Origin: a virus
IMG/VR virus record: IMGVR_UViG_3300025141_000042
Location: 1 to 64,000 of that record
Reading direction: 5' to 3' (one strand)
Length of the DNA: 64,000 nucleotides
The notes under the pieces were generated by a model that saw nothing but the letters and a program-made list of their open reading frames with translations, did no database searches and was not told the origin of the DNA. Shown one piece after another: positions 19,366-27,942 of the stretch. A program made the position numbers and the translations under genes. Every line of letters starts with the position of its first letter. Positions within the stretch are counted from its first letter, which is position 1.

Positions 19366-19540
19366 TTAACTCCAAGCAGTGACCGTATACCCATGCTATG
19401 CGCTTAACGTCTGCCGCCGGGCCCGCTGCCCATAATACCCTATAAATCACCACAGCGGGCCCGCTACTAGATTCCTCCAATACAATACCAATCAACCTAG
19501 GGTCATATACGTGCCTTACTAGGTCGCCGGCAATAAGCAC
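19340..19540 (-). CDS. Small SH3/KOW-like protein
   Basis: AGDLV..IGIVLE..YRVLWA. Confidence 0.7.
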   Translation of the reverse strand: MLIAGDLVRHVYDPRLIGIVLEESSSGPAVVIYRVLWAAGPAADVKRIAWVYGHCLELIEEDDGLG

Positions 19541-19870
19541 TTATTCGGTACCTTTTCTGCAATCTCCGCCCAGTTGGAGACACCTGCCGCAAAGACCCTT
19601 GCCTACACAGTCGCCCAATTGAGTTTCCTGTTCTGACATGTCTCTAAGGAACATGAGTTCATGCGCGTACACATGTTTTGAATGCCGCTGCTGACTGGTC
19701 CAGTACACCTCATATGTTGACAGGTACTCCCTAGGGTGCCGGCACAGGACCACCCCAATCATACCATTGGCAATGCTGCCGTGCTCTCTGAAATACTTTA
19801 CTAAGTCGCCAGACTCATACTTTCTATGGTACTTGCTTAAGTCACAGTGCACTGGGGTTGGTTTGCTCAT
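19541..19870 (-). CDS. Small SH3/KOW-like protein
   Basis: SGDLV..IGVVL..YEVYWT. Confidence 0.7.
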   Translation of the reverse strand: MSKPTPVHCDLSKYHRKYESGDLVKYFREHGSIANGMIGVVLCRHPREYLSTYEVYWTSQQRHSKHVYAHELMFLRDMSEQETQLGDCVGKGLCGRCLQLGGDCRKGTE

Positions 19871-20017
19871 TTGCTGTCCCTCTCTTCCTCTTCTGTTACT
19901 GTGCCTGGGTATAATAGGCATGCGTCCTCAAATTTAAGTATGCCCCGGTTAAAGTCCCAAAGCACATCTAGCGGCATGCTATCTAAATCCACTGTCAACA
20001 CACTAGCACCACTCATA

Positions 20018-20603
20018 TTATTCTCCATCGTTGTTCTCCGATCCTAACCATGCTTCTATCTCATCGCTGGTTGCCTGTGTAATTAGTTCCTCACGTGTCA
20101 CTGAGGCCGCGTATTTGACCCGTGGTTGCATGAACCATCTTCCTGGTTCTTCCTCTACAAACTTCTCCACTATGTACCCATTGTTCCATCTGCTTAGTTG
20201 GGTCATGCTGTAGGGGCATTTAAGTTGTGCATGCAAATTTTGCAAACTTCGTAGTTGCTCTCTCCCTCTTCTCCAACAAGAGGGATCGTCACTATAAGCA
20301 TGATACCAATCGTGGGCCTTCAATTGTTTACTGAATTCTTTTCTCATCGTCCTCTATCCTCTCAACTTCGCATGCGGGAATCCACCCACACCATTTAGCA
20401 AATTTACCTTTTTCGTCTCTCTCTGTGCTCTCAAACAATATACTAGTACCCTTAAATACCGTGCTGTTTGTGTTCCAATTATCCGACCACTGTGGTAACT
20501 TCTTTACCATCACCAAAGTGTGTTCCTTGAATCGGTTCTTGGTTCGCCTTGAAGCATCTTTTTTTGCCCGGTGGGTTGCTGTCATCATTCTCTCCGTTAG
20601 CAC
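20018..20603 (-). CDS. Two small hypothetical genes (20018-20347, 20328-20603)
   Basis: Overlapping ORFs; the first has HDWY..YSDD..W typical of small phage proteins. Confidence 0.65.
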
Positions 20604-20824
20604 ATTGTGATTGTCTTAAGCGGCGCGCACAGTTCCGTCTGTGATTGATTTAAGAACTCTCCCTTGCGGCCGGCATACTCAAACCATTTGACACGCACGT
20701 CGCCTTGACTGCTGCCCTCTGGCAGTTTAGCAACAACAATGCCATGTGCAGCTGCACCATCGGGTCCACGACAGTAGTATGATACCAAGTCGCCCACTTC
20801 CCATTCATGCTCCCAATTCTTCAT
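20597..20824 (-). CDS. Small SH3/KOW-like protein
   Basis: SD AAGGAG; VGDLV..HGIVV..VRVKWF. Confidence 0.7.
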   Translation of the reverse strand: MKNWEHEWEVGDLVSYYCRGPDGAAAHGIVVAKLPEGSSQGDVRVKWFEYAGRKGEFLNQSQTELCAPLKTITMC

Positions 20825-20840
20825 CTCTCTCTCCTTGCTA

Positions 20841-21189
20841 TTATAACCAACCCAAGCGGTGACCGTCTTCATCGTGCACACGAATGATTGCGGTTGGGTA
20901 ATGCTCGTTATATACTACTCGCTCTACAATGTATTCCCACTCTGGATCATCTTTGTTATTCGCTTCTGCGATTCTTTCTGCCTTCTCATACGACATTACT
21001 CTTGCTGTGTGGATATCGTTCAACATGTGTTCCTTATTATGCCTCTTTATATGCATCAAACCAACCTTCGCCATGGGTGTCTTCACGCTCGCAATGCTCT
21101 TGTGCTTCTTCTAACGTGTAACCATAATCAATAACTTCTTCTGGTCCTTTGAAGTGGAACCTTACAATATTATACAATTTCTCTGTCAT
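20841..21189 (-). CDS. Two small hypothetical genes (20841-21026, 21037-21189)
   Basis: SD-preceded ATGs; second has YNIVRF..TLEEAQEHC..WFDAY. Confidence 0.6.
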
Positions 21190-21198
21190 CTTACAACT

Positions 21199-22071
21199 CT
21201 CTCTCTCTTTTTTCTTGGCAAAATTTTTGGGTTTTTGATTTTCATATGATTGTCCCCGCACCCTTGCATGTCTCGCAGTTGGGATTGATTGCTCGGTCAT
21301 GCATTCCCCATTCCGCGCCATGCGTGCCACCGCAGTCCTCGCATGCGTGGGTGCGATTCCATTCTTCCTCTGATTGGTCCTTGGCTTCTTGCACTGCGCT
21401 TTGAATCTCTTCTAGTGTACAAGGAAATGGCACTTCGATAGTTATAAAGTCTGCCTCGCTCCCCTCGCAATACCCTGCTGCCCAAAAATATGGACCATGG
21501 ATCTCTTCTTGGGCGCAAATGGTGAGATAGGTGAAGCGTCCCTTCTTCGTTTTTTTAATCAACCCTTCCGTAGTCCCATCCGAGTTTGACTCAAGTTCCT
21601 TCAACCATTTTGAGTTGAATTCTTTGTAGGGATGGTCCGAGACTGCTGTCCCTATTAGACGTGGGTTGTGGGTTTTTCTCCATTTTTCTAGTTCCGCATC
21701 TTCGAACATCCATTCTGGTTCGTTTGTCATTAACTGCCATGCTAATCCCTTGGGGATTCGCTTGTGGGTGGGCGACTGTGGTCCGGTGGGGTGTTCTTCC
21801 GACGGGTACTCCCCATAGCAGGGCAAAGGTTGATATCGTTTTTTTCCAACTTGGCCCCACGTGTGGATGAAGATCCCCGATATGCTTTCACGGCACTTAA
21901 CAGTGTATTTCACCAATTTGGTCCCGATTTTCCCTTCACTCACCCCGCATCGGACTCCTTGGGACTCTTCCGTGGGACAGTATAGTGTTTCTAGGTCTGC
22001 CGGGGTTCGGGTTACTTTTTGCTTTTTCATCCCTTAACTCTCTCTCTTTTTTCTTGGCAAAATTTTTGGGT
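21199..22071. repeat. 34-bp direct repeat (21199-21232 and 22038-22071) flanking one gene
   Basis: ctctctctcttttttcttggcaaaatttttgggt is identical in both copies. Confidence 0.9.
21242..22030 (-). CDS. Hypothetical protein with C-terminal CxxCxG zinc-finger motifs
   Basis: CEDCGG..CETCKGAG. Confidence 0.7.
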   Translation of the reverse strand: MKKQKVTRTPADLETLYCPTEESQGVRCGVSEGKIGTKLVKYTVKCRESISGIFIHTWGQVGKKRYQPLPCYGEYPSEEHPTGPQSPTHKRIPKGLAWQLMTNEPEWMFEDAELEKWRKTHNPRLIGTAVSDHPYKEFNSKWLKELESNSDGTTEGLIKKTKKGRFTYLTICAQEEIHGPYFWAAGYCEGSEADFITIEVPFPCTLEEIQSAVQEAKDQSEEEWNRTHACEDCGGTHGAEWGMHDRAINPNCETCKGAGTII

Positions 22072-22411
22072 GCCTTTTTTAGATCTGTCAATTTTTCTTA
22101 GCACTATTTCGCACGTCCTTAGCCGCCATATATGCCCTAGATCTAGTAGGGACTTACATTCGGGGTACCAGGGGCCCCCCACCCCCACATGGCCTGCTGC
22201 TGTCTTGTATTGCTTAACCGTAAACATCATCCCAACATTTGTCTGTCACTGTTCTATCACAGTCGTCACATATGTAACCACCATCTACTGATTCGAATAC
22301 AGTTGTTTCATATTCACTGACGTCACACGTATCACACTTTGCTTCTTCTATATCCATGATGCTTAACTTTCTGTTAGATTATTATTTCTTTATGTATCGC
22401 CCAATGATTGA

Positions 22412-22868
22412 TCAGTGGGTAACGGTTACTGGTCTGACTGACCGACGCTGAAAGAGGTCCGTTGTATTATCCTCGAAGGATAGTTCTACATACAGGCAGT
22501 CTTTGCAGTCTGAGGTCCATGTCTTTTTTGCTTTGCCTAACCATTGATAATAACTAGACTGAGCATCTAATACTAATACATCTGTCCCTTCTTTGATTGG
22601 TTCTAAAGTATACAGACCATTAATAAGAGAATAGTTTTTCATAGTGTATCGACCCTTTCTAGATCAGTGGTTTGTTATAGTTGACTGATGCATGTTCTAG
22701 ATCACTAACGTCTTCTATTGTTTTGAACTCGCCTAGTCCTAGATAATAACCATTGGCAAACTGCCAGCAGATACCGCGAGTTGTGTTATACTTGCCGATG
22801 GCCACAGTCTGAACATAACCGACATTACCAAATTTATTCTTTACTAAGGATCCTCGCTTGTACATCAT
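22412..22868 (-). CDS. Two small SH3-like genes (22412-22642, 22659-22868)
   Basis: KEGTDV..; KRGSLV..VGYV. Confidence 0.55.
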
Positions 22869-24357
22869 GGCAACTCTCCTAGGGTATGTTGATATAGTGC
22901 TAGGCGCAGTTGGTTGACTTCATCAACTCCCTGGGATTCATTATCTCTATTGGACTCCAACCATTCGAGTTCTGCGGCACTAGGGATATCTGGTGTGCCA
23001 AAGATGCTGATGTGTTCTAGATATGCAGTCATATTATTTGCTCGCTCTCTTGTTTGGTTTCTTCTTGGATACTGTTTTCTTCTTCTTAAGTTCCTTGGTG
23101 CCACCAACTATCTCGAATACCATCTTAAGATCATCCGGCGTTACATAGCGCTGAGTCTCGTAACGTGCCTTAAGGCCTTTAATATCTTCCAACTGAGTGT
23201 TACTGACTGATCGATACTCCGAAATATATGTTAATACTCCGTATAAACTACCGATTTTAGTTCCTGCATAATCAATTACGTTATAAGTCCAGGGCATATT
23301 ACTGTTCTCCTTCTTGGGTTAGGTTGCTCGTTAATTGTTTTTCGAGGTTATGTATTGATATGTTAGCATGGGCGAGGTTCTTTTTGTATCGCGCAAAGGT
23401 TGCACCCGCATCGTTATTGGGATCCAAAGCACATAAGCGAGAAAGAACCTGTTCTAAATCCTTTTTATATTCCTCAATAAGAGATAATAGATCTCGCGGA
23501 AATGTTGCTTCCCCAGGGGTGTATAGCATGTGTAAAGTTACTTGTCTCATTATTTTTTACCTTTCAGGTCTTTCATTAAACCACCATTGGCAATGTATGT
23601 ATCTAACCGTTCCCATGGTTGATCTGCCTGGGGATATGCAGCAGCATAATCTGCATCGTCGATACGACGGAATTGCTCTGCTGCTGCCGCTTCAAGCAAT
23701 TTGCTTAGGGTGATGTCGTCGAGTTGACTTATGTACCGGGTAACATCGGCAGCAGCAAACTTAAGCACCCATGGTCTCTTCAGGGTATTGGCATCTATTT
23801 CTCGCATTATTGATCTCCTCGTCGTTGGTTGGTTAAAGATTGGTCGCTCTCAGGATATCTGGTACGGGTGCGACTGGCAGCAGCGGCAGGATACTCCTTG
23901 CGAAGTTGGTTAAGATCGCCGCAGATCTGGTTATCTTTGATCATGATATCTGCTACATGGGTGTATTCTAAGCGCAAATGCTTGATCATGTCCATGTCCA
24001 CTAATGCCTGAAAAAGGTCAATAGTATCGCCGGCTTCCATATGGCCATGCTCATATGCGTCTAGGTATCTGCCGAGGTTGCCGAGATTGATATTGATGAT
24101 GTCCATTATAGATCTCCTCGGAATGCAGCAAGCACCTCGCTGTGTTGTGCCTCGACATCATAGTCCTCGTCGTCGGAGTGAAGGGGAGCATAGCATGCTT
24201 CACGGTCGTCCAACTCTGCCGCGACGGCAGTATACAAATCGCGAAGAACCTCGTCGCTGAGGTGCTCGGCAAAGCGGGTCACGTCGCGGGCGGCAATGTG
24301 GAGCATGCTTAGTTGGGTGCTGGTGAGGTTCTTGGCCATTGTGATCTGTCCTTTCAA
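22865..24357 (-). CDS. Early-type cluster of small genes (22865-3032 region start ~23032, 23034-23297, 23299-23550, 23550-23807, 23807-24106, 24106-24357)
   Basis: TAATG-coupled ORFs downstream of a consensus sigma70 promoter. Confidence 0.7.
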
Positions 24358-24378
24358 AAGTGATCTCTCTATACCATC

Positions 24379-24407
24379 ACCTTATCAGAGTGATCTCCAT
24401 CCGTCAA
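24379..24407 (-). promoter_or_regulatory. sigma70-type promoter
   Basis: TTGACG-17-TAAGGT with TG extension; GATC in spacer. Confidence 0.65.
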
Positions 24408-24437
24408 GCATATAATGGAGCAAAATGCACTTTTTTG

Positions 24438-24453
24438 TGTGATCCACATCACA
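24438..24453. promoter_or_regulatory. CRP/FNR-family box
   Basis: Perfect TGTGA-N6-TCACA (TGTGAtccacaTCACA), centred about 73 nt upstream of the predicted start site. Confidence 0.55.
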
Positions 24454-24731
24454 CTTTACGAAGGTGGTATAAGTGTGCGGAAATACAGGGGAAAAATAAG
24501 TGCTTAAAATGCTTGACTTTTTTTGTTAGGGTGTGCTAGATACTCCACCACTATTGCCTATCTTGCTACTCCCTTCCTAGAGTCTCACGTGTGCAATTGT
24601 GCTTTATTATTAATAACTTATATAATACACTAAACCATGAACACTTCCAGGTACTTAGGAAAGTGCTTATAGTGGGCATATTTTGGGTGCATTTAATGGT
24701 TCTTGCTTGCTAGAATATGCGGGAATATGTC

Positions 24732-25466
24732 TTAAAATATACCATTGGAAAGCAGTGCGTAAGTCTCTCTCTTCTCTCTTATCTGATACACTGTACCATT
24801 GCCTTGCTCTACCACATATGCTAGTCGATGGTCATTGCCACCGGGCAAGCATTTATCCCCAAAGAATATAACTTGCTCTGGGTTAACTTGCTTGTGTTCT
24901 ATTAGGTATCTCAGTACCTGACTCTTATCCTTGCCTCTCATACTAACATCAATGCTTATCTCTCCGCCTACTGAGAATTCATATTTCTCTCTATACTTCT
25001 CATTCATTCTCTCAGCAAACTCTTTTCTCTCATTACTATAATAATCATACTGGCCATACTCATGTCTCTTCTCTACTGGGATATCTCTTCCACATACAGA
25101 CACATTAATCATTCCTACTCTCTTCTCTATATGATTACCATACCTAACCTTAAACCTACTACCATTAATGAACTGTTCACAATCACTTAGGAGTTCTTCA
25201 TCTACTGGGAATTCATTAATATATTTTATATCTTCTTTACCCTCGACATAATAATTCCCCAGGCAATAGAACTTGCCGGCAAACTTATCCAGAATGCTAT
25301 CCGTTAACTGTTCTTTAATTTTGTCTTTATCCGACCCTGTTACGATGTAGCAATTTCCTTGGACGTGTGGTTGGTTTAACCACTTGGTTAGCACAACTCG
25401 GTCCTCATCAGTAATAGGTTTTCTTGGTTCTGTTAGCGTACCATCTACATCAAACAAGTATATCAT
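24732..25466 (-). CDS. HAD-IIB phosphomannomutase (eukaryote PMM-like)
   Basis: LFDVDGTLT..R; TGSD; IEKRVGMINVS..GR; GGEISIDV; FFGDK..GGND. Confidence 0.9.
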   Translation of the reverse strand: MIYLFDVDGTLTEPRKPITDEDRVVLTKWLNQPHVQGNCYIVTGSDKDKIKEQLTDSILDKFAGKFYCLGNYYVEGKEDIKYINEFPVDEELLSDCEQFINGSRFKVRYGNHIEKRVGMINVSVCGRDIPVEKRHEYGQYDYYSNERKEFAERMNEKYREKYEFSVGGEISIDVSMRGKDKSQVLRYLIEHKQVNPEQVIFFGDKCLPGGNDHRLAYVVEQGNGTVYQIREKRETYALLSNGIF

Positions 25467-25573
25467 AATACTTTATGCCTCTCGCTCTCTCACGTGACAT
25501 GTGTGCTAGCATACAGCAAGGTAGGGCACCAGACACTGCATTCCATATGCTATTGGTTCTCAGGGGCAATCCT

Positions 25574-25645
25574 GCAATTAAAGTGTGGTTGGTTGGTTAA
25601 GTGGGTTAAGTGGGTTAAGTGGCTAGCGGAAAAAATCGGCGCGAA
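25574..25645. repeat. Non-coding element copy 1: (GGTTAAGTG)3 + GGCTAGCGGAAAAAATCGGCGCGAA
   Basis: Tandem 9-mers followed by a block shared with 27883-27909. Confidence 0.8.
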
Positions 25646-25652
25646 TAATCTA

Positions 25653-26051
25653 TCACTGTTGTGTTACTATCACTGGTACCTCTGCCATTCCCATCTTCTG
25701 TGCTGCCAAGAAGCGATGGTGGCCATCCAATATATGAAAGAATGGTTCCGGCATGCCCGTCTTAGATGTTCCCTCATACTCTTCGTCGCCCTGTAATCTA
25801 GCAGTAACAACGGGTTTCTGTTGGCATACTTGTATAGGTTCAAAATGTCCGCTCTCGATTGCTTTAACCTTTGCCTGTATCCTGCTTTCACATTCAGCAC
25901 TCGGGCAATCATGCTCCTTGCCGTGACCCAACTCTTCAGTTGGGAGAATTTGCTGGATAGAGACATATGCAATATTCTCTTTTAAATATCCCCACGATTC
26001 CATTAATCGCTTGTTGATCATTTTGTTTCTTTTGTTGAAATGATTTTTCAC
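25653..26051 (-). CDS. ParB/sulfiredoxin-like protein with class-B leader (KRLMESWGY)
   Basis: FEPIQV..ILDGHHRFLAAQKMG..VPV. Confidence 0.8.
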   Translation of the reverse strand: MKNHFNKRNKMINKRLMESWGYLKENIAYVSIQQILPTEELGHGKEHDCPSAECESRIQAKVKAIESGHFEPIQVCQQKPVVTARLQGDEEYEGTSKTGMPEPFFHILDGHHRFLAAQKMGMAEVPVIVTQQ

Positions 26052-27428
26052 AGATTATCCCTGCTCCAAACCCAAATATTTTCTGATCCCGTTTCTAATA
26101 TTTTCTACTTGCTCACCGATATCAAAACCTGCACCGAGTGCTTTAAAGTTACTGCTGTTTGTTTTCATTATTTTTTTAACAAAGGCATCTTCGTTGTTGG
26201 TCATATTGTCCCTCCAAGTTTTCAATTTCTTGGGAGTTGGTTTTTCCCACACAACGAGCTCTTCCAACTCCTCTGCCATGTTTTCGGCGGTCCATGGGTG
26301 TGTAATGTTGGGTTCTGGTGGGAAATCCAAATCCGGAATTTGCTCCTGCTCTTCGGTAAGTTTAGTGTTTCCGTATCCCCACGATTCCATTAGTCGCTTG
26401 TTGATGCTTTCGTTTCTTTCGTTGAAGTGTTTTTTCAAAAGAATATCCCCCCACGATTCCATTAATCTCGCCTCGCTTATACTGTGTTCTTGTCATTATT
26501 GGTTGCTGTATATCTCATCGTCATCGGTGTGTTCGGATTCAAGACTGTCTAGAAATTCCCCGATGGAAGCATGATTTTCCCGTTCTTTGTGGAAAGTGCT
26601 CCAATCTTCGTAACCGGCGTTTTTGACATCGTCGGCAAATCCCTTTAGGTCTTTCAGCTGATCAGCCCTGCCCTTTCCGGTGATAGCAAGGTTCTTCCAA
26701 TACTCCTCTTGTTCGGGAGTTCTCCCGCGGCTCAGATATTTCAGATATTTCTTTTCCAGGTGTTTGGCCACAGCGTCGGAAGGGTGCTTCTCAGTATTTC
26801 CTTCTTCAAACCTATAATTGTAAAGTGGATCCTCGTCAGGGTTTCTATTTTGGCCGTAGAATTCTTCTGCTGCTTTGTCGATTTTATCATTTTCTAGTTT
26901 ATCAAGATATGCTTCATATTCCGCCTTGCGCTGGTCTTTGTCGCGCCATGTTTGATATGCGCTTTCACCTGCCTGATGGTCATCACCCCTCGCAGGTGGT
27001 GCGTTGTCCCGCGCCCAGGTATCAAAAGATGGGGCATTCTCACTGATTAACCCTTCAAGCGTCTCAGGAGCAGCAGTCGAAGACTTCTCGGAGTTGGGGG
27101 ATAGGCCCCGCGTTGCGCCGAAGTATTCCTCTACTGCTTCTTCTTTCGCAGATTGGAACCGATTGTACAGATCCTTCGATCCACCACTGGCCGTAGATGG
27201 TTTCAGCAGTTTATTTAAGAGGACCTCCGCATCAGCTTGGGTACCTGGTTCACCGTCTTCTAAAACTTTCACCATTCCGGCCACAACGGCGGCCGCATCA
27301 GTTTTAACGACATCGCCTGCGTCTGTTTTTCGATTATCATCACGATAATAACCATTATATCCCACTTTATAAGAATCTTCCGGAGTGAGGGGCCTCGTAT
27401 ATCCCCACGATTCCATTAGTCGCTTGTT
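25990..27428. repeat. Four copies of leader-coding DNA repeat CCCCACGATTCCATTARTC(GCTTGTT)
   Basis: Copies near 25990, 26377, 26449 (degenerate) and 27403. Confidence 0.85.
26055..26438 (-). CDS. Hypothetical protein with class-B leader
   Basis: TTG start gives MKKHFNERNESINKRLMESWGY; GGGGGA upstream. Confidence 0.75.
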   Translation of the reverse strand: MKKHFNERNESINKRLMESWGYGNTKLTEEQEQIPDLDFPPEPNITHPWTAENMAEELEELVVWEKPTPKKLKTWRDNMTNNEDAFVKKIMKTNSSNFKALGAGFDIGEQVENIRNGIRKYLGLEQG

Positions 27429-27464
27429 AAGGTCTTTGCTTCTTTTGCTAAGATGTTTTTTCAT
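26496..27464 (-). CDS. Hypothetical protein with class-B leader
   Basis: MKKHLSKRSKDLNKRLMESWGY; SD AGGAGG. Confidence 0.8.
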   Translation of the reverse strand: MKKHLSKRSKDLNKRLMESWGYTRPLTPEDSYKVGYNGYYRDDNRKTDAGDVVKTDAAAVVAGMVKVLEDGEPGTQADAEVLLNKLLKPSTASGGSKDLYNRFQSAKEEAVEEYFGATRGLSPNSEKSSTAAPETLEGLISENAPSFDTWARDNAPPARGDDHQAGESAYQTWRDKDQRKAEYEAYLDKLENDKIDKAAEEFYGQNRNPDEDPLYNYRFEEGNTEKHPSDAVAKHLEKKYLKYLSRGRTPEQEEYWKNLAITGKGRADQLKDLKGFADDVKNAGYEDWSTFHKERENHASIGEFLDSLESEHTDDDEIYSNQ

Positions 27465-27554
27465 TACGGTAATCCCTCCTAGGATTCTTTCAAAGTTTTG
27501 TTCTCGGTATATAAATAGTATGCAGATACCCTTTTAGTCCCCGGATTTCATCAA

Positions 27555-27770
27555 TTATTGGTTCTCAGGCAATCCTACAACCAGTTCTAAGTTTGTCTTC
27601 CAGTTCCAGTCATCAATATACGGTGGGTCATCTACGTGTCCTCCAACCCACAATACTTTAACCATCCTTGTCTCTTCGGCAATAACCAGACCTACCCCAA
27701 AGTCAGCATTTGGGTCTTCTGTGCACTTCACTAAGTCGCCGACGTTCATGCTCAACTGTTCTTCTCGCAT
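27555..27770 (-). CDS. Small SH3/KOW-like protein
   Basis: MNVGDLV..VGLVI..VKVLWV. Confidence 0.7.
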   Translation of the reverse strand: MREEQLSMNVGDLVKCTEDPNADFGVGLVIAEETRMVKVLWVGGHVDDPPYIDDWNWKTNLELVVGLPENQ

Positions 27771-27834
27771 ATATTATATCCTATATCCTTTTTTTACCCC
27801 TCGGAATGTTCCAGAGGTATTGAAGCAGCGATAA

Positions 27835-27923
27835 GCAATTAAGTGCTAGTGTTAAGTGTTGGTGCTAAATGTTAGGTGTTAGGTGGCTAGTGGAAAAAAT
27901 CGGCGCGAAAAAAACGCGCCGAT
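27835..27923 (-). terminator. Non-coding element copy 2 with intrinsic-terminator-like hairpin
   Basis: ATCGGCGCG-7-CGCGCCGAT followed by T run on the minus strand; adjacent TGTTAGG-like 7-mers. Confidence 0.7.
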
Positions 27924-27942
27924 CTCGCATAACCCTATGCTC

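Noticed and set aside
24513-24544. Plus-strand promoter TTGACT..TAGATA that might drive an ncRNA
   Set aside because: Poor -10 match and spacing, and no convincing structured RNA downstream.
25990-27428. Leader repeats as a CRISPR array or DGR template/variable pair
   Set aside because: Spacing is gene-sized and irregular, the repeats are coding, differences are not adenine-specific, and no cas or reverse transcriptase gene is in the window.
27845-27890. TTAGG units as a telomeric repeat
   Set aside because: Only two exact units in degenerate context inside a phage-like genome.
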